This document shows positions 13,221-26,989 of a stretch of 64,000 bases of DNA, one piece after another. The DNA is from Azolla caroliniana (lineage: Eukaryota > Plantae > Polypodiophyta), in the NCBI GenBank assembly GCA_043228905.1, contig JBHGNT010000009.1, forward strand, positions 1,798,001-1,862,000, read 5' to 3'. Within the stretch, counting starts at the first letter, position 1. Every line of letters begins with the position of its first letter. The notes beneath the pieces were generated by a model. It had not been told where the DNA came from. It saw only the letters and a list, made by a program, of their open reading frames with translations, and searched no databases. Position numbers and translations under genes: made by a program.

Positions 13221-16200
13221 TATGATTATAAAATGGTATGTTTGCATATGCATCTATTGACGCTCTTATGTGCAATCTTAAGAATCAAGATGATGTGGTT
13301 TTTGTGCTTCAATAAGTAGCAAAGAAGGATGGAGTATGAAAGACAATTCTTTGATTAGTTTTTTAATTACTATTACGCTAATTAGCATTCTAACCGGACA
13401 AAATGACTCTAGCTAGAAATTGACTAGGATTTGTAAATGTAAAGAATTATATTGTTTACTAATATAAAATATCACTACATTTCTAAACATCACGATTTTC
13501 ACATGGAGATTACGTAAAAATGGGTAATCAAGGCTAGTCAACAAAGTGTATATGTGTTTGTTACACGTCAATTGCATACATTAATTAATCTTTCCCAACC
13601 AATGCAAAGAGCATGCATAATATATTTTGCTTAATGATAACCTCTTGCCTTGTGACATTGTTTAAAAACCACACGCAAAGAAATATACGTAACAAGCATA
13701 TGTGTAGGTAAAACAAGCCCACACATAAATAATTGGTGAAATCGTTTAATATACGTCTTAACATTCTAGGGAATGCATGCTTAAATGCTTTCCTAATGAC
13801 TTTATACTGTTCTTAAACAACACTTTATGAATAATATAGTTGCTTGTGAGATGTTGAGGAAATCAATGTAATTGATGTTTTCAGGTGAAATATGTAGTAG
13901 CTTACAATTTTCATCATACATGTTGTCTCTAAAGTGATGCATTTTGTACATTTGAGTATGTCTCAACAGGGGTGGATTTACATACATGTGTGTGTGCGTG
14001 TGAAAGAGTCTAGATGGTCGATTTAGAGTGCGCACGTGTGTCCGTTAAAGAGAGACTAGAGATTGAGGCCTTCTTTGTACCAACGGATGCTCATAAAGGG
14101 GAGGTTTTGATAGCTTCTCAAATGAATGTGTCAATTTGTGTTCCGCATGATCGACAAATGTGTCACTTTGTGTTAATTAGGGTAAATTTGGGCTCATTCA
14201 CCATTTTTGACTCTTCATTGCTTAGCAAATTGTATTAATGCAATTGGCTCAACTCTCCAACCAAACAATATTATTGTAGGCAATCTTGTGATTCTTTGCA
14301 ATAGATGAATTCCACTTCTTGACTGATAATTCAATATATGTTTTATATTCAAAGACTCTTGGCAGCATATTGTGGAGATCATGTGACCATAGAATTGTAA
14401 TGGGTTAGCATTATATAATTCATCATCTTTTACAAAAAGGAGTGAAAGAGACTTTACTTATTATCTTCCACCCGAGGAATCAAAGAAAAATAGTTGAGTG
14501 TTAGTGGTCTCTTAAATATTTCTATTATACTAGAAAATAAGGATATGTGTATGTTGTGTCAAAAAGGAGGAAACAAAGACAATATGTATGAATGTCTCTA
14601 AAGAGGCCAATGTGACCTATAGGCTATGAGACCAAAGAAATGTTAAAATCTTACAACTTGTTCTCATGTTCAAGCAATGAAAACTAATGAATTCTAAGTA
14701 AAGATAAAAGACGAGGAGGTACAATAGGTCATGTTAAACCATTTGAAAGCCTCATGAGATGCCTCCACTCTATTATACTACTATGTTTGAGGACTCTTTC
14801 AACATAAGCTACTGATGAAAAACGTAGTGTTAATGCTCCTTCTCTCATCTCCCATCTTTTTAAACTTGCCTTTTCACTTTATAAATTTAGCTTCTCATGC
14901 ATGTGCTATCGTTTGTGTTAATGAGTTTCTCATTTTACCATCTCAAGCTTGTCATTCAAGAAAGGATACCTCAACAAACAAAAAAACCTAGACCACTGAA
15001 CTTTTTCAACATGTGAAACGTGGTGTTTTTCCTTGAAGCTTCCTTTCCGCCTCCTTTATATTATACAAAAATGGTTGGGAATGCCTATAAAGTTGTGCCT
15101 TGTAAAGTCAATGAACTCGAATATCTTAAATATATGTGCACTATATGTTCTATTCAAGTTCATCACTTACTATTTCAGACTTAATTTTTAGTACAATATT
15201 TCAAACGACTTGCCATCTCGAATTAGCCAACTCCAACTCCTATTAAGATGTAGAATAATCATATTGCACCATACCATTTCGTCATTGTCCCAAGTTGTAA
15301 CTTGTAACTAAGGTTAGGAATACAGGCACATAGTAGACTTGGTCTAAAGTGAAAGTTAAATGTTAACCTCCATTCCTAATAAAGGAGAACAGATAAGCAT
15401 TAGTGTAGGGTACACCTCATAACATATGCACATATTAGAGTTGGTCCAAATGCAAAAGTAAAATATAGCATTCTTCCCTCTAGGTAAGAAATATAAACAA
15501 GAATTTTCTAGAGCAATTCTATGCTATAAGAATAAACGAGCATTAGGTCTAGAGCAAACATTCTATAGTAGAACCTACTGGGTTCATCACTTGGATTTTG
15601 CATATAATTGAAGAAACTAGTGACAAATATCTCGATTGTTAATGCACAAGTGGCGAGAAAGATATTTTGGAAGGGCCTCAATTTATGTGTATGGCATTGG
15701 ATATTCCAGAATATTCAAGTCTAGATGTATATCTTTATATATATGGAGGATACATTGTACTTATAGATTGAGTGTATTGTGTGACTTCACATGAAATACG
15801 TTTATTGTTGATAATTGTGCACGATTAACCGGCATGAACAGTAGTAGCGTGTACCATAATTGCCCATGTTTTGAGATGTCATAAAAGTCATGGGCTCAAC
15901 ATAGTTGAACAAATCCAAAATATGAATGAATTTCTAGTTTTAAATTATTCCGAAATGTTTGACATTCATATTCTTTTTTAAATTGAACTCAGAGTGGATA
16001 TTTGCCTCTTCAAGGAACATTCATGTTTGAACTCAAGTTTCCAAAATTGTTCAAGATGTGAGCTAAGTGGCCATCGAGTCAAGGAAAGACAAACATACAC
16101 TAAAGTTGAAACATAACCCCATTGAAAAGGCACGTATAGAAGAATGTGGTGGGGGAACAAACCAACTTGGATGTATGAACCAATCCGCGATTAGTCTAGC

Positions 16201-17710
16201 TTGAGACGTTCAAAAATGAAGGAAGCAAACTCAAACCATGACAAAAAGTACGAGCCAATCATGGCTTTAATATCCTTTGGGTGTGGACTATTCACCTAAT
16301 GACGAGAATTCTATGACATCCACAAAACGTCTAGAAATTTTCATATATTGGAGATACCTCGTGTTCCCTTGCAACTGCATGTAGTGTTCAACTAAACATA
16401 TAGAACACGCATGGATCTGACTGCACAACCCCTTGCCACCCATTGCACTCAAGTTAGTTAGAATGTTAGGCCTCACCAACAAAGTTCCTAGTGTTACATA
16501 TTAACATGAGATTGGCAACCCTTGAGTGTCCCACTCTACCCCACCTTTATAGGTATGCTCTAGGTCTCCTCAAGAGTTCACTCTATAAATATTATAAAAT
16601 CACATACATTATACATTATTTTTATATTCAAACAAGCAACCCAATACTTAATAATACTCCTCTTTTTGACGAATGAGTGTCATGTTCACATTTCTCCAAA
16701 TACTCTTTTATTCATATATTCTTCTTCAACATTGGAATTTGACCCCACAAGTGCTCAACTCATTCATAGTTGCTTCAATGGCCACAACCCAATTGTATTT
16801 ATCTCACCCTCAAATTTACACCCAAGTGCAATATTAGTAGCAATTGCAACAATCCACTCTCTTTGGATTGTAAACTTAGCACTATCAAGTTAGGTTTTGC
16901 TTTATCACGCTTACACACCCATGTATGTGGAGTCTCGCATGCAAAAGATTGTCATATGAAGCCATACTAGGTCATGGGAAAGTCCATAAACACCCCCTTA
17001 CATGATACCAATACCAAGTAACTCCAACAAACCTAGGCAGATATATATCTGCATCCCAATCCGCAACATGGAACAACCTGATATCTTCTTCCACCTAGCA
17101 CCTACATTAGGGATGTCATGTCAAATCATCCACATAAAAAGCTCAAAATGAAATGTCAAATCACTAGTAGAAGCTCAAAATGTGACGCCAAATCAGCTAT
17201 AGAAAGGTTGTAATGTTAGTTCGGATCACTTAGCTGATCGAAGCCATTTAATGTGAGGTCACAATCGTAGTTGAAAGTTATATGATGAGAACTGATCTTC
17301 TACTCCTACTACTACTTCTTCTTTATTCTCATGATACCACCCACAAAAGCCCACCACAACACGAGTAAAAATATTCTCGACACACTACGAATTCTTTGGT
17401 CGCAATCATAGGAAAAATATCTAGAGGACGGGGGCAAAGCAAGCCAGAGAAAGTTTTCCTCATTGGTAGTGTGATTGTTTTTATTTATTTATTACTACTA
17501 GTGTGAAATGGTTCGATGTGTGTGTGTGGGAACGTCCGGTTTCACATTTGTCCGGACAAACACACACCCACATCTCACTCTCTCTTTCTCTCTTATATGT
17601 ATATATAGTGATATATTTTGCTTTCATTGAGGTCTCTCTCTCTCTCTCTCTCTCTTCATTCTCAAGCTTAAACACAGAGAAGGAGAGTGACATCTTCTGT
17701 TCTTCTCCCT

Positions 17711-20700
17711 ATGAGGAAGATCCCTGGTGTGAACAAGCCCTTAACCCTCCTCCCCTGCCTCGCTAACACCTCCACCCCTCTTCATACTGCTGCTTTCCAT
17801 GGAGACCTTCATGTAATTATAATTATTCCTCATCCATCCATCCATCCATTTTAACTGTCTATTTCTTTGCTTCATTTAGCACACACATCAATCCTAATCA
17901 CCCAGTGATTTCCTCTTAATCTCCGGCGTTTATCGGTTGTGGGTAATTAATCCATTCCCCCTGTGGTGATGGTGGGAGATTAATCTTACTCACGGACAAT
18001 TACTTAGCTTCTTTGTGGGTGAAATTGAGTCAGAAGTATGGGCGATTAAGCTTCATCTTGGGTGCTAATTAAGTTCATTCTGGGTGATTAATCCTAATGG
18101 TGGTGATTACTTCTAATTTTGGGCGATCAAACCTAGTTATCCGTGCACTAACCTAATTGTGGAAGATTCCCGCTATGTGTGGGAGTTTAAGGATAATTAT
18201 GGGCGATTAAGACTAACTGTGGATGATTATGACTGATTATATGTAGCTTTTTGTAATTTATTGCAGAAATTGACATCTCTTTTGGAGCTCGGTGCAGACC
18301 CTAATGAGCGCAATGTGGTGAATGGACAGGTCTGCTATAATTAACTACACAATAAGCATGAGTTAACCTGGGATTTAAGGCTACTTAGAGAGTGATTAAG
18401 ATAGTTAATTAAGAAGACAGAGTAATGAATCTACTCGATTCATTTGTAATATATTGACTAATAATATGTGAATCGATTGATTTTTTGTGTTATTTTCCGC
18501 AGACACCATTGATGATAGCATGCAAAGAAGGGAATTCTGCCTGTGTGGAGAAGCTGCTACAATGTGGGGCGAATGTGAGTGTTAAGTTCAACCTTTGATC
18601 AAATGGACTAATTAAGGATTAGTAAACTTGATTGGAGATTAAGAAGGATTAAACAAAGGATTAACCAGGGTAATCAAGGATTAATGATCATCTAATTATA
18701 TGCAAAATCTTCTATAATGCATTGATCTGTTGTTTTAAAGGTCCCCCTGCCACTTTTTTTTTGTATAAATTTAGTAACCCCTAAATTAGCAACATTTTTT
18801 CATGTAAGTTTCTCATGGGGCTAAACATAGTGTAAAAAACCCCCTTTCATAGGTTCACCCACCTTGTGCATGAAGGAAGAAATTGTATAAATTGATATAA
18901 TGAATAGCTTCCGGAATTAGTCTCGATAGAACTCGCATTATAGAGTTTCGCATATATCCACAAAGGTGTGTTAAGTAACGATACAATTGAAGTGCATGAT
19001 CATGTTATGATGATTGTATTGGCAGGCCCTAGCATTCGATTCGGTTAAAAGGCGCACATGTCTCCATATAGCCTGCCGAGGAGGGCATTATGATTGTGTT
19101 GTCCAAATCTTGGATGTTGCCAAGAATGGCCCAATTCGAAGCACCTGGTATGGCATTCGAACCATCAACCGCTCATTATATAATATGCTTTTACTCTATG
19201 GGCTAGGAGGGGCTTGTCACACCTAGAGGTAGTTGTCCCAAGTAGCTAGGTTTTACAAACCTAGCTTGGAGAACCTCCATTACGAGGTTGGGCACCATAT
19301 AGTGACACACACACACAATAGAAACGACATAAGCCCGTAATGTTGAACACTCTTAACAAGACATTAAGGAGATTACAAAAGCTCGCATTCTTCAATATTC
19401 TAATAGACATAGAAAGGTCTCCCTAGACTAGCTTATGTTGCCACCACCGTGTGGCTTATGTCCTTGGAATTTGTAGATCAAGCTAATACTCGTGACCATC
19501 ATAAGCATACATGAAGGGAAGTGGATGCTTAAGTTCCTATATATTAGCTTTTGTTAGTAACATAATACAATGATAGGCATTTTCTATAATATTTGAGATC
19601 TATGATAACATGAGCTTGGGAGATGGTAACAACACGCTATTGAATCATGTATGGGTGATCCATATTAGGACAAGAGAACTTAAATGAGTAACTAGTTGGT
19701 AAGACAATGTTTTAAGGTGATATTCATAGCCACAATGTAGACGATGAGATGCTCATTAATAAAGTACGATAGATGTGAAAGCAACATGTTCTTGGAAGTT
19801 GGAACCGAGTAATTCCTCATTAATCATCAATCTAATTGAGATCCATCCTACTAAGTGAGAGGATGAAAAATGTAGAGGTTTTACAAAAACCTTTTAATTG
19901 AAGGGAAAGGGGTCATCTATTCGCAATGGATAGAAAGATACATAGATATCTTGGGTCAATTAGTAAATTAGTAAACAATAGAATACTATGTAAATAAGAA
20001 CTAGAACTTTATCCCTGACAAAGAAAAATGGGAGATGAAGTAAAAGAGTACACGTTTGATGCTAATGTGGATTGAATAATGGTCAACAAACTTTAAATTA
20101 CAATAAATGACAAACTCCAACGTTATACATGGTCATTTTGTGATAAGTTCATGGTGAATATCCAAAACTTAGGTACATGTGGTTCTCGTTGCCTCCTTTA
20201 AACGGATTACTAATTGGTAGTACATTCCTTATGACAGGATTGATAATACTTTGGTCGTGTATACCTTATATTAAAGTTAAGAATCATATATCTAATATTA
20301 ATGAGATTATTATTGATCAAGATTGGAATTGTATATACAGGGGATTTGAGAGGTTTGTGAATGTGCTAGACAATGACGGTGCCATTCCGCTACACATGGC
20401 GGCGAGGGCTGGCCATACTGACATTGTGAACGTTCTTCTCAACAACGGGGCACTTGTCACTGCTGTAACATGCAAGTCCACCTATGGGTACTAAATGAAT
20501 GATATAATAATCCTTTCTCGTGACCAAACCTTGATGAACATATATTCCTATGATCAAGGACTAAGTACAAGCAAAAACATTGGAATCATGTGGTTATGTA
20601 GGCCAGAGAATGGAAGCACACCGTTGCATTATGCAGCTCGTAGCGGATCACTAGATTGTGTCGAGGAATTATTGGCATGGGGCGCAGATAGAACCTACAA

Positions 20701-23700
20701 AGACATGATGGGGTAAGTGTTCATTATTATGCTTTAAATTTTCTAACTACAAAACAAAAAATGAGTAATAGTTACAATCTATGATCAATAATGGTGTAAG
20801 TTTATTGATGTGATAGTGGTGGATAGTAGCATGTCAATGACCTAGGGCCATTTATTTGCATGAAGAAGTAGAACTATTTAAGTGCGGAAGCCTTTTAGCT
20901 CTATGTGTTGAAGCTACAAACGTGAACCCCCCTAATCTAAATGATGGTGGAAGTAGGCATCAATTCTAGAAAAAACATACATTTTGGATGTAAGCATCAA
21001 TACTAGAACAACATCATGGCCGACTAATGTTATGAATATTATTTGGTTATGTAGAACTTTATGTTGATGTGTGAGAACATTGTTTGCGACATTATTACTT
21101 GTTTACTTTGGGTAGGGGGACAAATCTGATATTTAATTTAGGAATAAGGGATTTGTCGACAATTTAAAAGTCTGATTGGGTGCATATAGATTTACTTGCA
21201 ACAAAGTAAGAATAATGATTACCTACTTTTATACACAAAGCTACTCATAACAATCCAAACCATTAAAATAATTAGAGCAAAGTAAAAGTTAAATGATCCA
21301 CTGTTGAAGAACCTAAGGAAACAAAAATAAACTTGTAAATGGTCAATCAATGTTGTGGAAAGTTTTGGACATAAGTTCTCTCCTAAAGCACATTTGCCCT
21401 CGAAAATTAAAGTGAACAATCATAAAAACATTTCCCTACATGCTACAATGAATGGCTAGTTCACCTAGTAAGTGGATGTTATGAAGCAATATGTTGAGAC
21501 CCCCCACACCCTGAAGTAGGGTTGTCACAAACTGCACAAGTTTGTTAGTCTATTGATTGAATATGCGTTAGTACTAGTGCAAATGGGTGGCAAGGTACTA
21601 GGGGATAAGTTTGAGGTCCAAAACAAGATAGCTTTTCACCAAGAGGTGGATAAGCTTCACTTATAAATTCGGTGAGCAACTTATATAAGTGATGACATAA
21701 CTACCACCTAAATTGTCATTGGTAAGGCAAAGTAACCTTCTTGTGCCAATTAAGGTTCTAATATTTTAATAGAGGATGCACCTTTAATGTTATAGATGAA
21801 TTGAGGGATATTTATTTGAAAACAATGGGCATTTCCCAATAAGGTGGTATCTGAAATTGCGAAGACTTTCATGTTTCCTTGGTATTAAAGATAAATGATA
21901 AAGTATATGAACCTCTAATAATATAGAATACTTTTGGAAGCACTTTTGTCGGTGACCCTAGGAAAATGGTTGCGGAACTAACTACATATTGTAAATGATT
22001 AAGGTTTATATACGGTTTACAAATAAACTCGACTTCAATATATGACAATGACTTTGCACATCGAGTAACATTTAATTCTTTAAATGTAAAGTCGCCCAAG
22101 CCACATGTTTAGGCTTGTTTGCGAAGCATGCTTGTTTTCTTGTCTTTACCCATTAGCTTTATTCTCGTCTTTAAAGTAGTTATATATGGAGTTTTGTAAG
22201 CATATGACCATACAATTTCTTCCCCATTTCAATAGGCTCAGTGTTTATTGTATGTGGATCAATGTATTGAGCCATCTTATCTACTCATTTAGGGCTTACC
22301 TTGAGATTTTTTGTTTAGTTATTTGTGCATCGGCGCATACATTGACAAATATAAGGATGGATGTATAGAAATCAAGTATTTGTCGTGTCCATGACATTAC
22401 ATGGAATAAAGAAAGCTTTCTATGAACGATTTGTTGTAGAAATCCAAGGAAGTGCCCACACCACACATTGTTTGAAAGAGCTTAAACTAGTATGATGTCA
22501 TACATTCACAAGTAATAGATCAATGGGCGCTTTAATTTTATTGAAGACATGAAACAATATATTTTACCTCGGGATATTTACAAGCAAATTTGCTTATATA
22601 GCAACGATGACGATAGGACTAGATATATTTTTTAATGTTATTTGTATAATTACATGATAAAATGTGAAAGTCCTTACTTTAGAAAGTAGCCATAGTTGTT
22701 GATGCCACAATCAACTTTGCTGAAGAATGTTCACTATAAATTCAAGATTGTGTGGGCGTGTGCATGGATTGACTTGGATTGGGAATAACCTTGCAAAAAG
22801 GAGAAATATTGGTTTATATATTATATATTTCATTAGGATTGACATTTTGCATGCATATTCTAAGCGAATTGATTTTAGAGCACGCATTATGGGTGTTCAT
22901 GGAATAAGTCGCGTATAATATTGATCATCAATCTAAATAATAATAATAAAAGCATTAGAGTAATATTGGTGACTTCTATCAATAAATATATGCCCACAAA
23001 ACAAATGGGCCGCCACTTGGGGTGGGGGTTCACACTTTCAAAGTAATATCTTTCGGGATTTAACAAGTCATAATATGGACCTAATTCACTCAACTTCCGC
23101 AAGTTGTGGAATAGAAACATCATCACAAAATCTCCTTCCTTCGAAAATGACAAGGCTTCATTAATTTCTCACAAAAGCAATGATGGGGGTAATCAAACTA
23201 TCATTGTATATAAGAGATAGTACATGTTATTGTTCGAAGGCTATTTTTGTCTTTTCTTTTCTTGATCCTCAAGAAAATTCCACGATTCAAATGCTCACTA
23301 AGTAAGGAGGCAAGGAGATTAAGCCATCTTCATCTCCATGAGGAAAATGGTTGCCAATCTTCTTCCCCATGAGTAAAAAAATCTACATAAATCTAGGATG
23401 ATGAATTGGGAAGGTCTAGGAAGAGCAAACTTGAAGGAAATCGATTTTGTAGTTGAGAGCAAAAAAATTCCCCTATCCATCCTTGAAAGACACAATGGAG
23501 TGTACGCCAATATTTCTTGTGGATAATTCAACGAACTTATTTTCTCCTTTTGCCTTCAAATTATACTTTTTTTAATAGCAGTCTAATGGTATTAAATCTT
23601 GTTCCTCATAAACTTGGGGGCATGGATTATAGTCTAGTTGAGCATTATAGTAAGTATGGACATTTGTATTCTTATGGCTTTTTGAGTGGTCAAGGGGGAA

Positions 23701-24625
23701 TTCCCCTGTAGAACATTTGGGTACATATCTGTTTCTAAACAACTAGTAGCTTGAGTGCAGAGAAGCATCTTGTCTTGTCATCAAAGCTCCATTAATTTGG
23801 CATGCAAATGAGCATCAGTCATCATAGAATGATGCCCTTATTTTATGATATTTTGCTTGTGTGAATTAGTTGTGTTGTTAATATTAACATAGGGAGATGT
23901 TGTTATTAAAACAATTGATGTTTCTTGTCATATTCTTTTAAGTTTTATGACTAAAATGACAAAGAGGTGCTTCCCATGGGTGTAGGAAAACGGCATATGC
24001 GGTAGCGATGAAGTGGGGACACGTGGCATGTGCGGCAATTCTAGATCCAAGAGCGTCGGAGCCGCTCGTGTGGCCATCCCCATTGTCCTTCATTCGCAAT
24101 TTGGAACCTGACACACGAAACATACTCCATAATGCTTTGTCTCGAGCAAATAAGAAGCGTCGTTCCTCCCTTGTTGTTCCCATCTCATCATCCCACTCAA
24201 GCCTTGCCACTGCATCGAAGGCAAAGCTCATTAGTCGACGCGTCCTCGCTTTGTTTCGACTGTACTCGAAGCCTAATTTGGCTCTCGTATGCGATAACAA
24301 TCCTACAATGCTAGAGCACTCAACATTAGACCAGGTTGCCCCTTCCTTAGAGCTCCAACATTCAATAGAAAATCGCCTACAACTTAGCTCTCGTAGGACA
24401 AATATGGATTGCATGATTTGTTTTGAGACCTCCCATGATATGATACAAGTAGATTCATGTGGTCACCACATGTGTGCCTCTTGCACAATTGCTCTTTGTT
24501 GTCATAGTAAACCTGACCCTAACTCCTCTTCAAATGCCTCTCCCCCTCCCCCTTCATGCCCTTTTTGTCGTAGTGATATAGTCCACCTCACTATAGCTAA
24601 ATTTGCCTCTTCTACCAAAAATTAA
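17711..24625 (+). CDS. XBAT31: XB3/XBAT31-like ankyrin-repeat C3HC4 RING E3 ubiquitin ligase, 7 exons, ~418 aa
   Basis: Exons 17711-17812, 18267-18329, 18503-18574, 19026-19147, 20341-20487, 20602-20712, 23986-24625 (1257 nt, open). Ankyrin motifs [32 protein letters not shown] and [25 protein letters not shown]; family signature EPLVWPSPL; [18 protein letters not shown]...CPFCR. Start codon is less certain. Confidence 0.9.
17960..18240. repeat. Degenerate ~19-20 bp minisatellite in XBAT intron 1
   Basis: Recurrent unit resembling CTAATT[A/G]TGGG[C/T]GATTAAG, e.g. TATGGGCGATTAAG at ~18037 and ~18198, CTGGGTGATTAAT and TTTGGGCGATCAA. Confidence 0.65.
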
Positions 24626-26498
24626 ACTAGAAGTATGCATTTAGCTTCAATTTTATGAGGGTTCAAATGCCCCTTACTAGGAAACCAAATAATTTGTGCT
24701 AAAAGATAAACAACCTTGGCGATACATTATTTTTAATGCATAAAGTAAGTCCCAACCTCCAAAGATACATTGAAAACATCCAATCCACAACAAACCTATG
24801 GCCCTTCATTGATCTCCATCAACCGGACCATCGCTGCCATTTTTAGTCTTCCATGTTCAATCATCTTCGCCAACCCATCTTTATTTATCCTACATTATGT
24901 CTTCTTTTTTGTCATACTACACCATGAATTACACTTTTGATTTGATTGATAAACTCTTCTTCAATATCCTCAACATTGCACCATGCTCATTTCCATTACC
25001 TTTATCTTCTCAAATCCTCTTCATTATTAGCTTCCTAGATAACTTATTTGACACACTTACTTCATCCATACACCTTCATTATCCTCTTCAAGTAGTCAAT
25101 GCTTAACCTTTGACAACACACCACTCTAATCACTTCAGTTATCTTCATCAAGTCTTAATCTTTGTTTCCTTTTTACACACTGTTGGATGCACCTACTCCA
25201 TTCATGTTTCCTCATCAATGCATCATCTTCATTCATACTCAATCATTGCTCCTTTATCATTGTTGAGCTTCTACACTACACCTTTAATTGTCTCATTCTT
25301 CTTCAATGCCCCTAACCCGAAGGCTTCATTTTCTCCCCCTATGATCCTTTATCAATCAAACCCCATTTTGTAATTTTTCTTCTATTGCGAATCTTGGATG
25401 CACCATACAATTGTTGTCCCTTCATTTATCAACCTCACCTTAACAATAATTCTTTATTTTTCCATTTAAACCCAAAATCTAATAAACATTTACACAATCC
25501 TTCATCTAATTAGAAATGACCATTGTTGCAAAGGTTTTTCTACTTTTCATTATGGTTTCCTCCTAATCAATAATAATTCTTTGCAAGCATTACACAATTT
25601 AGAATGACATCTTCTAGGTTCATGAACCCTAAAATGCTCCCAAACCATAGGAATCTTCATAATCAAGTTCAAATCAATATGTAGCCATGCAAATATAAAG
25701 TTCTCTCTTATGAGAAATCAATCGACTCACATATATCATGCATTATCTTTAGTTTTGGTGCTTCTGCTTTAAGTTTTTGTTGATGGCATGACACCACAAG
25801 TAAAAGGGAACCTTGTTCATGAGTTAAGTTATTAACTAAGGTCCCCTTTTATACATACCGTGTAAATAAAGCCAACACTTGTTTTTATTCGCCCACTACT
25901 ATTTTAATGGGTGCCCATACATGTAAAATCTTTGTTAAATTCCAAATTACATAATAAAAAGTGTAATGTACATTTTATGGACCAAATTTCCTTATGTATG
26001 GAAACTACCCTAATGTTTTTCAACTATCGTTTCATATTGATGGAGAGTTCAATAGAGGTCTTACATAAACATGGAAGGACATGTATGGGACATCGTCTTC
26101 GTGTGAGCATTTATTTAAGTTTTGCATGCATATGTAGGTTTAGGTGGAGTTGTGCTTTTGGGTATCCATTGTTAGTTTGTGTGTGGTGTGAAGACAAAGA
26201 GAAAAGCTCGAGCATTAAAAGCTAAAAGCAACAATGACAGACACATTGTCGTTGGAATAATACACTTAAGAATTAATTAACACTAGCAATAAACTCAAAG
26301 GATCTAATCCTGAAGATCAACAACCATTAGAAAAATTATGATCTCTCATTAGTTTGTTTGGAAGGTTCCACATGAACTTTGTTTCTATGATGGTATAGAA
26401 GTTTCTCTATCTCACATATAGATCCTAACCATCCCCCCAAAAATATGTGTAACCTAATTTATATAGTACCAATTACAACTCTAAGCCTACTACTTCGC

Positions 26499-26664
26499 TT
26501 TAGAACCTCATTGAAGCTTTGACTAGATTTCCATTTGGTATATACCGTATAATCTTGAGTCTTTCCATGTCCAAATCATGTTTGATTTAGAACCTCATTG
26601 AAGCTTTGACTAGATTTTCAAATGGTCTACCGTATAATCTTGAGTCTTTCCATGTCCAAATCAT
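26499..26664. repeat. Direct tandem duplication, ~87-bp period, 2 copies
   Basis: TTTAGAACCTCATTGAAGCTTTGACTAGATT...CCGTATAATCTTGAGTCTTTCCATGTCCAAATCAT starts at 26499 and 26586. Confidence 0.9.
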
Positions 26665-26989
26665 CTTTCTTATATTCATACAAATTAATCTATGGAAACG
26701 CTCTTGGATTCTTAGTGAAACATGCTTCATATTTCCCAATAACTAAATAAGGTTAGGAAAACCAATCAATATTGTTGTTTGGTTTGGATTTGCTTGGGGA
26801 AGCCATCCTTATGGGAAAATCTTTTTAGTTTGTGTTTGTGGCAGAGATGGATGATGTTAAAGGATGTTGAAGTAGTTCTAGAGAGTGATAGGTAGGCTAG
26901 ATTATGTTTCATTTACTTTTCAAATTTGGGGAGTGGTTTTCTTATTTTTCTGGGGAGGATGAGTGGAGGTAAACTGTGAAAAGGTGTTG

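Noticed and set aside
16040-16095. CSRCELSGH zinc-knuckle-like fragment (possible LINE ORF1 relic)
   Set aside because: Last Cys missing and no supporting flanking motifs.
21440-21970. Possible gypsy integrase relic (FHVSL) in XBAT intron 6
   Set aside because: Single short motif; too decayed to call by eye.
24760-25650. Strongly purine-skewed minus strand resembling decayed coding or TE sequence
   Set aside because: No recognisable protein motif and many stops in all frames.
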